Shown here piece after piece: positions 26,753 to 36,408 of a stretch of 64,000 nt of DNA. Under the pieces are notes generated by a model. The model ran no database searches and was not told the origin of the DNA. It worked only from the letters and a program-made list of their open reading frames with translations. This DNA is from a virus (taxonomy: Duplodnaviria; Caudoviricetes), in the IMG/VR virus record IMGVR_UViG_3300014208_000027, positions 32,001 through 96,000 of that record. The stretch is one strand, 5' to 3'. The translations under genes were made by a program, and so were the position numbers. The stretch's first letter is position 1. Every line of letters starts with the position of its first letter.

Positions 26753-28020
26753 ATTTAGATAAAGTAATACTAGTAATTCCTGTTGATAGAATAGATTTTA
26801 ATCCCTTAACCTATCCTCCTTTGGGTTTATTATATATCGCCGCTGCGTTGGAAAAAGAATTTGTTGTTGAAGTCTTTGACATGCGCGAAGAGTATAATAC
26901 GATTGATAAAATTGGAGAAGCTGATTATTATGGATTTACAGCAACAACTTCTCAATTTGATGATGTTTTATATTGTGTCAATTTCTTGAAGAGAAAGAAT
27001 AAAAAATCTTTTTATTTTATTGGAGGGTCTCACGCTTCTTGGATGTATGAAGAAATAAAACACGATTTTAATGCGACGATAGTCGGGGAAGCTGACTTAC
27101 AGATTATTGATATTTTAAAGAGCAAAAAAGAAGGAGTTTTCTATTGTAATCTTAAAAAAGAAAATTTGGACGAGATTCCTTTTCCAGCAAGACACTTGAT
27201 GTTGTCAAATAGAATTGTTAGTAGTGATTTGTGGGATGGAGAGGGATATCAAAAAGAAAATTGTTCTACATTAGCTACGACTTTAATAACTTCAAGAGGA
27301 TGTCCATGGAAGTGTTCCTTTTGTGCAAATATACCGCAGAAAGTGAATTATAGATCTGAAGAAAATATAATTAAAGAAATTGAAAAAATTATTGAAGAGT
27401 ATACGTGTAGAAATTTTAGATTTCTTGATGATAATTTTTTAATGAACAAAAAGCGTCTTTTCCAATTGTTGCCAATGTTGAAGACTAAGAACATTTCTTA
27501 TAGATGTTCTGGTCGGTCTGACTTAATTGATGATAATATTTGCAAGCTTTTGTATGAAAGTGGGTGTAAAGAAATTGGGTTTGGCGTGGAAACAGCCGAT
27601 GATGAAGTTTTAAAACTGATAAATAAGGGAGAAAGTGTTGAGGAACACGAAAGAGCTATTAAATTAGCTAAACAAAATAATTTAAGAGTTAAGATTTTTA
27701 TGATGGCTGGATTACCCCTGGAGTCGTGGGAAACAATAGAAAAAAATAAAAGATTTATAGAGAAAACTCAACCGGATAAAGTCATTGTTACATTGTTTAC
27801 GCCATATCCTGGAAGTGATGCTTATAGATTCCCTGAAAAATATAAAATCAAAATTAAACAGGATGAGTGGAAATCGTTTTTCCAAACATATCCATCAAAG
27901 TCTATCATTTCAACAGATAAATGTTCATCAGAAGAATTAACTGAACATCATGAAACTATGATAAATTTTTTGCTTGATTTTAACAAAAAAAACAAGTATG
28001 ATTTACTAAAACAAAAATAG
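26749..28020 (+). CDS. B12-binding radical SAM enzyme (class B)
   Basis: PPLGLLYIAA, GG.HAS, GEA; TSRGCPWKCSFC; DDNF. Confidence 0.9.
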   Translation: MNLDKVILVIPVDRIDFNPLTYPPLGLLYIAAALEKEFVVEVFDMREEYNTIDKIGEADYYGFTATTSQFDDVLYCVNFLKRKNKKSFYFIGGSHASWMYEEIKHDFNATIVGEADLQIIDILKSKKEGVFYCNLKKENLDEIPFPARHLMLSNRIVSSDLWDGEGYQKENCSTLATTLITSRGCPWKCSFCANIPQKVNYRSEENIIKEIEKIIEEYTCRNFRFLDDNFLMNKKRLFQLLPMLKTKNISYRCSGRSDLIDDNICKLLYESGCKEIGFGVETADDEVLKLINKGESVEEHERAIKLAKQNNLRVKIFMMAGLPLESWETIEKNKRFIEKTQPDKVIVTLFTPYPGSDAYRFPEKYKIKIKQDEWKSFFQTYPSKSIISTDKCSSEELTEHHETMINFLLDFNKKNKYDLLKQK

Positions 28021-28032
28021 GAGAATTTTGTC

Positions 28033-29283
28033 ATGGAACAAAAAAAAATTGGTTTCGTAGGGTTAGGGAAGCTTGGTTTGCCTTGTGCTATGGCTATTGA
28101 GCAAGAAGGTGGATACAAAGTCTGTGGATATGATCCCGATCCAAGAGTTGAAGAAACATTGCTAACAAGACAACTTCCGTATAAAGAACATTTAGCTCAA
28201 GACTATTTGGATGAGACCAACATTACTCTTTATGATTCAATTAAATTGGTTGTTCAGAACTCTGACATTATTTTTGTTCCAATTCAAACTCCGCATCTTC
28301 CATTATACGAAGGAGATGTTAGAATTCCTGAAAGTAGAGTGGATTTCGACTATTCTTTTCTAAAAACTGGTATTGAAGAAATTTCTAAATGTATTTTAGA
28401 AGAAAAAAAAGAAAAGGTGGTAATTATTATTTCCACGGTTCTTCCAGGAACAGTTGAAAGAGAACTAAAACCGCTTCTTAATCAATATGTTAAATTGTGT
28501 TATAACCCATTTTTTATTGCCATGGGAACGTGTATACCAGATTTTCTTAACTCAGAATTTATTCTTTTCGGAGTTGATGATTCCGTTGCTGCAGGAATTG
28601 CAGAAAATTTTTATAAAACGATAACTAAATCTCCGTTTTATAAAACAACAGTTAAAAATGCAGAATTGGTAAAGGTCGCATACAATACATTCATTGGAAT
28701 GAAAATTGTTTTTGCAAATGTTTTGATGGAAATTTGTCACAAAACTGGAGCTGACGTTGATGCTGTTACAAATGCTTTAAAATTGGCAAATAGAAGAATT
28801 ATTAGCGGAAATTATTTTTCTGGCGGGATGGGCGATGGTGGAGGTTGTCATCCAAGGGATAACATTGCGCTTTCGTGGCTGGCAAAGAAATTAAACTTGA
28901 GTTACGACTGGTTCGAGGGTGTAATGGTTGCGAGAGAAAATCAAACTGAGTGGCTGGCAACTCTCATGGAACAATATGATTTGCCGAAAGTCATTCTAGG
29001 AAAGGCATTCAAGCCAGAAACAAATTTGACTCTTGGAAGTCCTTCGGTTCTGTTAAAGAATATTTTGGTTGAAAAAGGATATACTGTCACGATTTTTGAT
29101 CCTTTTGTTGATGGTGTCGTTCCAAAATTTGAGAAAAGCGTATTTTTGGTTGGAACCAAACATGAATGTTTTAAGGATTATGAATTTCCCGTTGGGTCTG
29201 TTGTCATTGATCCATGGAGATATATTCCAGATAAAGCTGGAATAACTATTATTAGAGTTGGAGAAGGAAAAGATGGAAATTGA
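28033..29283 (+). CDS. ugd: UDP-glucose/GDP-mannose 6-dehydrogenase family
   Basis: GLGKLG, IQTP, STVLPGT, YNP.F, AELVK..YN, GGGCHPRD. Confidence 0.85.
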   Translation: MEQKKIGFVGLGKLGLPCAMAIEQEGGYKVCGYDPDPRVEETLLTRQLPYKEHLAQDYLDETNITLYDSIKLVVQNSDIIFVPIQTPHLPLYEGDVRIPESRVDFDYSFLKTGIEEISKCILEEKKEKVVIIISTVLPGTVERELKPLLNQYVKLCYNPFFIAMGTCIPDFLNSEFILFGVDDSVAAGIAENFYKTITKSPFYKTTVKNAELVKVAYNTFIGMKIVFANVLMEICHKTGADVDAVTNALKLANRRIISGNYFSGGMGDGGGCHPRDNIALSWLAKKLNLSYDWFEGVMVARENQTEWLATLMEQYDLPKVILGKAFKPETNLTLGSPSVLLKNILVEKGYTVTIFDPFVDGVVPKFEKSVFLVGTKHECFKDYEFPVGSVVIDPWRYIPDKAGITIIRVGEGKDGN

Positions 29284-30109
29284 TAAGGTAAAAACTTTCT
29301 GGAACAACAGACCTTGCAATATCAAGCACTCTGTAAATGATATCGGAACAAAAAAATATTTTGATGAGGTGGAACAGAGGCGATATTTTGTTGAACCTCA
29401 CATTAGAACTTTCGCAGAATTTGATAAATGGAAAGGAAAAAGGGTTTTAGAAATTGGATGTGGCATAGGAACAGATACAATCAATTTCGCTCGTTATGGA
29501 GCTTTTGTTGATGCTGTTGATATTTCAGAGAAATCTTTAAATATTGCTATAAACAGAGCAAATATTTTTCAACTAGATCATAAAATAAATTTCTTTTTAC
29601 TAAGTGCAGAGGAATTAACAAAAAACCCTGTTATTTCTAAAACGAAATATGATTTAATATATTCTTTTGGGGTATTGCATCACACACCAAATCCATTTCT
29701 GGCTTTTTCTGAAATTAAAAAACTGTGTTGTCCTGAGACTGTTATTAAAATAATGCTTTATAATAAGTTCTCGATAAGATCGTTAGAAATGTTTTTTGAA
29801 CAAGTTTTCAATAGTGGGTTAGGTAATATCAAAAAATTTGCTTCAAACAACTCTGAGGCGCAAAAAGGATGTCCGTATACGTATGTATACGGAAGTAGAG
29901 AGATAAAAAAAGTGCTTTCCGGTTTTGGATTTGATTGTTCGGTTTCTATAAAACATATTTTTCCATATAATATATTTGAGTATATTAAACATAATTACGT
30001 TAAAAAGTGGTATTATAGATACATGCCTAGTTTTGTTTATGATTTTTTGTATAATTGTTTTGGTTGGCACTTGTTAATAGATGCTCATGTTCGGAATGAT
30101 AATGTTTGA
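29273..30109 (+). CDS. Class I SAM-dependent methyltransferase
   Basis: VLEIGCGIGTD, DLIYSFGVLHHTP. Confidence 0.85.
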   Translation: MEIDKVKTFWNNRPCNIKHSVNDIGTKKYFDEVEQRRYFVEPHIRTFAEFDKWKGKRVLEIGCGIGTDTINFARYGAFVDAVDISEKSLNIAINRANIFQLDHKINFFLLSAEELTKNPVISKTKYDLIYSFGVLHHTPNPFLAFSEIKKLCCPETVIKIMLYNKFSIRSLEMFFEQVFNSGLGNIKKFASNNSEAQKGCPYTYVYGSREIKKVLSGFGFDCSVSIKHIFPYNIFEYIKHNYVKKWYYRYMPSFVYDFLYNCFGWHLLIDAHVRNDNV

Positions 30110-30827
30110 AATAGATTCTGAATTAAACCTTATTTTAGAAAATAAACGAGTTGCTCTCATAGGACCATCTAATCATCTAATTGGGTCAGGTCTTGGAAAA
30201 ATTATTGATTCCTACGATGTTGTTTGCAGAATCAATGAGTCATACGCTTATGGTTATGAAAAGGATTATGGGGAAAGAACAGATATAGTTTTTCATAATA
30301 TGAATTCTTTGGATGGAATACCTCAAATTGAAGAAGAGTTTAAAGAAAAATGGGAAGAAATTAAAAAAATTAAATACTATGTGTGTCCTCAATATAAAAT
30401 TGATGATTTGAACATTAATTTGATTGAGGCATTTAGAAAAATAAACTTTTTAAATATTCCGTTTTATTATATAGGTGACAGAAATTACGACTTGCTTCGT
30501 TCTCGTTTTAGTTTAAAACCATCTACTGGTTTGATTTCTTCTGAAATGCTTCTTGAATACAATATTCGAGAATTATTCATCTCGGGACTATCGTTTTATT
30601 ATGGAAAAAATCTAATAGCCGAAGGCGTGCATCCAGCTCATTATGTTGGGAAACTTCCTCAAGGAGGACCAACAAATGGTCACAATTTTCTAAAAGAAAT
30701 GGAATATTTTTCCTTGCTAATGATAAAGAATTGTAATAGAACTAGAATTGACTCTTTTTTGTATAAAATTCTTCGCTTGAATGGTTTCTTCGTAAGAAGT
30801 GATGTTTGTATGATCAAAGATATTTGA
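30081..30827 (+). CDS. GT29 sialyltransferase-like protein
   Basis: Sialylmotif L RVALIGPSNHLIGSGLGKIIDSYDVVCRIN..YGYEKDYGERTD; motif S PSTG....LFISGLSFY; motif VS HNFLKE. Confidence 0.8.
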   Translation: MLMFGMIMFEIDSELNLILENKRVALIGPSNHLIGSGLGKIIDSYDVVCRINESYAYGYEKDYGERTDIVFHNMNSLDGIPQIEEEFKEKWEEIKKIKYYVCPQYKIDDLNINLIEAFRKINFLNIPFYYIGDRNYDLLRSRFSLKPSTGLISSEMLLEYNIRELFISGLSFYYGKNLIAEGVHPAHYVGKLPQGGPTNGHNFLKEMEYFSLLMIKNCNRTRIDSFLYKILRLNGFFVRSDVCMIKDI

Positions 30828-30844
30828 TAAAAAGATAAAATCTT

Positions 30845-31735
30845 ATGAACGCAAAATGTTATATGTGTAATGAAAATTCGCTGTTTAAAAGATCTGAAAG
30901 AGTTAGAGATAATGAATTTCTTAATGTTTTTCAGTGTTCTTCTTGTGGGTTAATCTCTCTTTCTGATTTTTCTCATATTTCTAATGAGTTTTACGAATCG
31001 TCTACTATGAGAAGGGGAGATGCAGAGCAGCAAATTGCTGAGATTTTAGAGGCTTCAAAAAATGATGATGAAAGAAGATTTGAATATGTTAAAAAAAAGA
31101 AAGAATTATTTAAGAAAGAAAAAGTTGTTCTAGATTATGGTTGTGGTGCCGGAGGGTTTTTATTAAATCTTAGCAAACTTATTGATAAAAGCAAATTGTA
31201 TGGAATTGAAATTGAAGACATGACACGGCGTTTTTTAAATGATTCTGGAATAAAAGTTGTTAAAAGCGTTGAAGAATATAAAAAAAATGTAGGGCAAAAA
31301 GTTGATTTTGTTTCAATGTTCCATGTGCTAGAACATCTTCCAGATCCCAAGAAGTGTTTAATTGAATTGAGAAGTATTTTAACGGATACTGCAAAAATAT
31401 TTATAGAGGTTCCAAACGCCGATGATGCTTTGTTGTCAATTTATAAATGTGAATCGTTTGCCAATTTTGTATTTTGGTCGCCCCATTTGTATACGTTCAA
31501 TATTAAGAGTTTTGAAATAATGGCAAAGGAAACTGGGTATAGTTTGAAAAATATTAAACAAATTCAAAGATATCCGATTTCAAATCATTTATACTGGTTA
31601 AAAGAAGGCAAGCCAAACGGCCATAAGATGTTTGACATTTTTAATTACGATAGGCTATCCTATGAATACGAAAAAGTCTTGCGAAAAAATAAAATATGTG
31701 ATACTTTAATGGTGGAATTTGAAGTTCAACCTTAA
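30845..31735 (+). CDS. SAM methyltransferase with N-terminal Zn ribbon
   Basis: CYMC..CSSC; VLDYGCGAG; HVLEHL.DP; EVPN. Confidence 0.85.
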   Translation: MNAKCYMCNENSLFKRSERVRDNEFLNVFQCSSCGLISLSDFSHISNEFYESSTMRRGDAEQQIAEILEASKNDDERRFEYVKKKKELFKKEKVVLDYGCGAGGFLLNLSKLIDKSKLYGIEIEDMTRRFLNDSGIKVVKSVEEYKKNVGQKVDFVSMFHVLEHLPDPKKCLIELRSILTDTAKIFIEVPNADDALLSIYKCESFANFVFWSPHLYTFNIKSFEIMAKETGYSLKNIKQIQRYPISNHLYWLKEGKPNGHKMFDIFNYDRLSYEYEKVLRKNKICDTLMVEFEVQP

Positions 31736-31763
31736 AGTCGTTCAAAAAGGGAAATGATAGATT

Positions 31764-32600
31764 ATGAGAAATAAAAGAGTTTTTGTTATCGCAGAAATAG
31801 GGTTAAATGCAAATGGAGATGTTAGTATTGCTAAGGATTTAATTCTTAAATCTAAAGAATCTGGATGTGATGCAGTTAAATTCCAAAAACGAACAATTGA
31901 AGCGGTTTATTCTAAAGAAGAATTAGATTATTTTAGGGAAAGTCCTTGGGGTAATACAAATAGAAAGCAAAAAAACGGGCTTGAGTTTAGTAGAGAACAA
32001 TATGATGAAATAGACCAGTATTGTAAGCAAATAAACTTTTTGTGGTTTGCTTCCGCGTGGGATACTGAAAGTCAAGTTTTTCTAAGAAAATATGATCTGT
32101 TATATAACAAAATTGCCTCGGCTCTTTTGACACATAAAAAGTTGTTAAATATGGTTGCAGAAGAAAAGAAATATACTTTTATTTCAACAGGCATGAGCGA
32201 TTTAACACAGATCCGTGAGGCAGTAGAAGTTTTCAGATCTAAGGATTGTGAATTTGAATTGTTGCATTGCAACTCAACGTATCCAATGAAAAATGAAGAT
32301 GCAAATTTAAGAGTAATAAAAACTTTAAGAAACGAATTTGGGTGTGATGTTGGATATAGTGGTCATGAAACGGGAAGGGTTGTATCAGTAGCAGCAGTGG
32401 CTCTTGGGGCAACATCTATTGAACGACATATTACTTTGGATAAAACTATGTACGGGTCAGATCAAGCTGCTTCAATAGAAATTTCTGAATTAAAAAGACT
32501 TGTCGAAGACATTCGACAAGTTGAATTGGCTTTAGGTTCTTCAGAAAAGAGGGTCTTGGAAACAGAAATTCCAATTATGAAGAAACTGCGAAAGAATTGA
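31764..32600 (+). CDS. neuB: N-acetylneuraminate (nonulosonate) synthase, short form without SAF domain
   Basis: IAEIGLN.NG, AVKFQK, KIAS, ISTGM, LHCNSTYP, GYSGHE, IERHITLD. Confidence 0.9.
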   Translation: MRNKRVFVIAEIGLNANGDVSIAKDLILKSKESGCDAVKFQKRTIEAVYSKEELDYFRESPWGNTNRKQKNGLEFSREQYDEIDQYCKQINFLWFASAWDTESQVFLRKYDLLYNKIASALLTHKKLLNMVAEEKKYTFISTGMSDLTQIREAVEVFRSKDCEFELLHCNSTYPMKNEDANLRVIKTLRNEFGCDVGYSGHETGRVVSVAAVALGATSIERHITLDKTMYGSDQAASIEISELKRLVEDIRQVELALGSSEKRVLETEIPIMKKLRKN

Positions 32601-33301
32601 TGATTTCTGCTTTAATACCCGCTCGCGGCGGAAGCAAGGGGATTCCTAAAAAAAATATTTTGAATATATTCGGGTATCCATTGATTGCGTATTCCATTTC
32701 TGTTTGTAAAAAATGTAAAGATATAGATAAAGTTTACGTTTCTACTGACGATGAAGAAATTTCTGCCATTTCGGAGTTTTATGGAGCGACTGTTCTTAGA
32801 AGGCCAAGTGAGCTTGCAATGGATCTTTCAAATGATTATGGTGTTGTAAAACATTTTTTTGATTGTTTCCCGTGTGAAGAAGTTTCTTACATTAGACCAA
32901 CAACTCCTGCAAGAAACGTTGAAACACTCTCCAGTTGTATATCTTTTTATAAGAATAACAAATATAAATTAACTGGAGTTAGATCGGTTCATGAGTTGTC
33001 TGAGTCTCCATATAAATTTATAAAAATTGAAGATAGTGGATATTGTGGGGGTTTTTTTGAAAGTTTTAATGGGATAAAACAATATACAAATTTGCCAAGA
33101 CAGATGTTTCCAAAGGCGTACCACCCTAATGGTTATATCGATATACTTAAGAAAGAAACTATAGAAAAAGGAAGTGATTTTGGTGATAAAATTCTTCCAT
33201 TTTTGACTAGGAGAGTTTGCGAATTAGATATAGAAGAAGATATTGAATTCGTAAAAAATGATTTGGAAAGAAACGTAACTTTTGATATTTTTGAATCATG
33301 A
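32597..33301 (+). CDS. neuA: CMP-nonulosonate synthetase (cytidylyltransferase)
   Basis: IPARGGSKGIPKKN, VSTDD, RP.ELA.D, PT.P.R, NGYI, D...D. Confidence 0.9.
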   Translation: MMISALIPARGGSKGIPKKNILNIFGYPLIAYSISVCKKCKDIDKVYVSTDDEEISAISEFYGATVLRRPSELAMDLSNDYGVVKHFFDCFPCEEVSYIRPTTPARNVETLSSCISFYKNNKYKLTGVRSVHELSESPYKFIKIEDSGYCGGFFESFNGIKQYTNLPRQMFPKAYHPNGYIDILKKETIEKGSDFGDKILPFLTRRVCELDIEEDIEFVKNDLERNVTFDIFES

Positions 33302-34548
33302 TAAAAACTAAAAATAGAATAATTCAACCGGGGTTTGATGTTGAATCTTGTAGAATTCTTTCAGAAGAAAGAAAGAACATTGAAGATTATTCCGCTTGTT
33401 CTGAAATTCCGGTTTTATGGGATAAAGCGAAAAACTACTCTGTATATGACAACCTAGGAAACAAATGGATAGATTTAACTTCTGGAATTTTTGTCGCGAA
33501 TGCCGGACATTCAAATCCAAAAATCAAAAAAGCAATTAGAGAATGTCTTAAGAAAGATTTGTTATATTCTTTTTGTTATAATAATGAAATACGAGTGAAG
33601 TTTATAAAGAAACTTTTATCAATATCTCCTTCTTGTTTTAATAAAGCAATTATTTCTAATTCTGGGTCTGAAGCAACAGATACGGCTTACAAGTTGATAA
33701 AGGTATGGGGTAGACAATTTTCTCCACACAAAAATAGAATAATTTCATTTAAAGGCGCTTATCACGGAAGGTGTTTGAGTAGTTGTTTTCTTAGTAGATC
33801 AAAAGAGTATTCTGAATGGGCAGGCTTTGAGAACGATGTTACTTTCTTAGATTTTCCAGAAAGAGATGAAGATTTCCCGAGAGAATCTATAGGTGAAAAT
33901 GTAGCTGCGTTTGTAATTGAAACATATCAAGGCTGGAGTGCGTCGTTTTTACCAATTCAATATATGAAACAATTATATGAGTATGCTAAAGAGAAAGACG
34001 TTCTTATTGTTTTTGATGAGATTCAATCTGGGTTCTATCGAACTGGGAAGTTATATGGTTATATGAATTACGGCGAATATTTGGAGCCAGATATCATTAC
34101 TCTTGGCAAAGGTATTTCCTCATCGCTCCCAATGTCCGCTGTTTTGAGCAGAAAAGAAATTGTAGATATGGACAAAGGCATGGATTACTCTGGAACACAT
34201 CCAGGCGATCCTATTTGTTGTTATGCTGCTTTAGCAAATTTGGAGTTTCTTCATGAAAGTGTTTTCCAAAGAAAACTTAAAAACAAAATTAAAGTATTTT
34301 CTAAAATTAAAGAAATAGAAAAATATAATTGTGTGCAAAAAGTAAATGTCTTTGGTATGGTTGCCGGAATAATTTTTAGTTCAAAAGAGATTGCGGATAG
34401 AGTTGTGTATGGATGTATAAATAATGGAGTTTTCCCCGTGTATACTTATAAAAATTCTATAAAACTTGGACCACCTCTTACGATAAGTAATTCTGCAATA
34501 AAAGAAGCTTTTGGTGTTTTGGAAACGGAAATTAAAAAACATGAGTAG
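33298..34548 (+). CDS. Class III PLP aminotransferase
   Basis: D..GN.WIDL.SG, NSGSEA, AYHGR, FDEIQSG..RTG, PDIITLGKG. Confidence 0.85.
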   Translation: MIKTKNRIIQPGFDVESCRILSEERKNIEDYSACSEIPVLWDKAKNYSVYDNLGNKWIDLTSGIFVANAGHSNPKIKKAIRECLKKDLLYSFCYNNEIRVKFIKKLLSISPSCFNKAIISNSGSEATDTAYKLIKVWGRQFSPHKNRIISFKGAYHGRCLSSCFLSRSKEYSEWAGFENDVTFLDFPERDEDFPRESIGENVAAFVIETYQGWSASFLPIQYMKQLYEYAKEKDVLIVFDEIQSGFYRTGKLYGYMNYGEYLEPDIITLGKGISSSLPMSAVLSRKEIVDMDKGMDYSGTHPGDPICCYAALANLEFLHESVFQRKLKNKIKVFSKIKEIEKYNCVQKVNVFGMVAGIIFSSKEIADRVVYGCINNGVFPVYTYKNSIKLGPPLTISNSAIKEAFGVLETEIKKHE

Positions 34549-35197
34549 CATTTTAAAGTCTTCAAAATATCTTGAGGTTACCTATGAGAAAAGAGGCGTA
34601 GGATATCCTCGGGCTCTTTCAGGTTGGATTAAAAAGAATATTTTCAAGAAAACGGGTCGGTTACTTGATGTTGGTTATGGTCATGGGGATTATTTGCGTG
34701 CTTTTTCAGACTTACAATATAATGTTTGTGGAGCAGATCTTTCTCCGACTCTTATTCGTCCGTTTGATTGTAGAATAGTTGATATCGAAGAAAGACAATA
34801 CCCAAAAGAAGAATTTGATTTTGTATTTTCTAAATCCGTTATAGAACACGTAAAAAATGTTGACAATGCTACAAAGTTTCTGTATGATAGTCTTAAAGTA
34901 GGAGGAAAACTCGTTGTTATGACTCCATCTTGGGAATATACAAGTTTTGGCCCGTTCTATAATGATCACACTCACGTAACTCCATTTACAAAAACTTCTC
35001 TAGAAAATATATTGAAGATGCATAATTTCAAGAATATTCAAGTCGATTATTTCTATCAACTTCCGTTTGTTTGGAAATATCCATTCTTGAAATATTTTTG
35101 CAAACTTATCAATTTTTTAAAAATTCCATACAAAGATTCTAAATTGATTAGATTTTCTAGAGAAGTTATGTTGCTTGCAATTGCGGACAAATTATAA
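34541..35197 (+). CDS. Class I SAM methyltransferase
   Basis: LLDVGYG.G, FDFVFSKSVIEHV, DHTHV.PFT. Confidence 0.85.
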   Translation: MSSILKSSKYLEVTYEKRGVGYPRALSGWIKKNIFKKTGRLLDVGYGHGDYLRAFSDLQYNVCGADLSPTLIRPFDCRIVDIEERQYPKEEFDFVFSKSVIEHVKNVDNATKFLYDSLKVGGKLVVMTPSWEYTSFGPFYNDHTHVTPFTKTSLENILKMHNFKNIQVDYFYQLPFVWKYPFLKYFCKLINFLKIPYKDSKLIRFSREVMLLAIADKL

Positions 35198-35198
35198 A

Positions 35199-35603
35199 AT
35201 GAAGATTAGACATGTCGGACTTGTTGTTAAGAACTTGGGAGAGTCTATCCTGTTTTATGAGTCAATCGGTTTTAGGGTTTTTAGTAACGAAATTGAACAA
35301 GGAAATCATATTTCCAATTTTTTCAGCGAAGAAGGGTTACAAGTTCATATAGCAAAACTTAAAAATGACTTTGGAGAGTGTTTGGAACTTTTGTGGTTTG
35401 GTAACGGCACAAAAAAGAAAAAAAATAGCTTGAAAAGTCTTGGACTCACGCATATTGCGCTAACCGTAAGAGACAGTGGAGACCTGTATAGCAGTTTTAA
35501 AAAATGTTGCGAAGTGCAAACAACGCCCACTGGTCACAAAGTTCTTTTCGTGCAAGATCCCAATGGCGTTTTTCTAGAGCTTGTTCAGGATCCAAGATGC
35601 TAA
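35199..35603 (+). CDS. VOC/glyoxalase-family protein (epimerase-like)
   Basis: RHVGLVV.NL..S..FY, LEL, HIAL.V, DPNG..LELV. Confidence 0.85.
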   Translation: MKIRHVGLVVKNLGESILFYESIGFRVFSNEIEQGNHISNFFSEEGLQVHIAKLKNDFGECLELLWFGNGTKKKKNSLKSLGLTHIALTVRDSGDLYSSFKKCCEVQTTPTGHKVLFVQDPNGVFLELVQDPRC

Positions 35604-36388
35604 ACGGCCTAGCAAACATCAACATAGAACTGACTGACATTTGTAACAAAAAATGTTGGATGTGTGGTCGGCGCAAGAGAGAAAAGCAATATCCAGATAT
35701 CATCAAGTCATACGGTTATATGGATTTTTCTTTAGTTGAACAAATTTCTAAACAAGTTCCCGCAAATATTATGGTTCAATTCCATAATAATGGTGAGGCA
35801 TTTTTGTACCCTCGTTTTGGGGAAGCAATTAGTTTGTTTGGGAAGCAAATTAAAAATGTTGTTACCAATGGGAAACTTCTTCTTGAAAAATATGATGAGA
35901 TAGTTAATAACCTTGATACGATAGCAATTTCTGTTTTTGAGAGTGACCCAGAAGCAGAAGAACAATATAAAATTGTTAACGAATTTGTGTCAAGAAAGGG
36001 TTTGAATAAGCCACTTATGATTATTAGAGCAAATGGAAATGTTGATATCCGCAGATATGAGCAGATGGGTTTGAAGGTTGCAAGGAGAATCTTACATGCT
36101 CCAGAAGGCTCGTTTAACTATGTTGGAAAGAATCCAACCATTCCAGAACACGGTATATGTTTAGATTTTCTTACGCACCTTGCAATTAGTAAAAATGGCG
36201 ATGTTTCAATTTGTGTTAGATATGATCCGAATAGAAAAGGTGTTCTTGGAAATATCAAAAATAATTCATTAGAAGAATTGTGGAATTCTGAATTGAGAAT
36301 GGAATGGATGGGATGTCATAAACAAGGTTGCAGAGATAAAATTCCTTTATGCTCCGGTTGTGAATTTTATGGAGTACCGACACAATAG
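35597..36388 (+). CDS. Radical SAM/SPASM-domain protein (start set at ATG 35597)
   Basis: ELTDICNKKCWMC; GE..L.P; TNG; C-terminal C..DG.VSIC..GNI..SLEE.W..C..C. Confidence 0.85.
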   Translation: MLNGLANINIELTDICNKKCWMCGRRKREKQYPDIIKSYGYMDFSLVEQISKQVPANIMVQFHNNGEAFLYPRFGEAISLFGKQIKNVVTNGKLLLEKYDEIVNNLDTIAISVFESDPEAEEQYKIVNEFVSRKGLNKPLMIIRANGNVDIRRYEQMGLKVARRILHAPEGSFNYVGKNPTIPEHGICLDFLTHLAISKNGDVSICVRYDPNRKGVLGNIKNNSLEELWNSELRMEWMGCHKQGCRDKIPLCSGCEFYGVPTQ

Positions 36389-36408
36389 TAATGTAATTTA
36401 TAGGAAAT

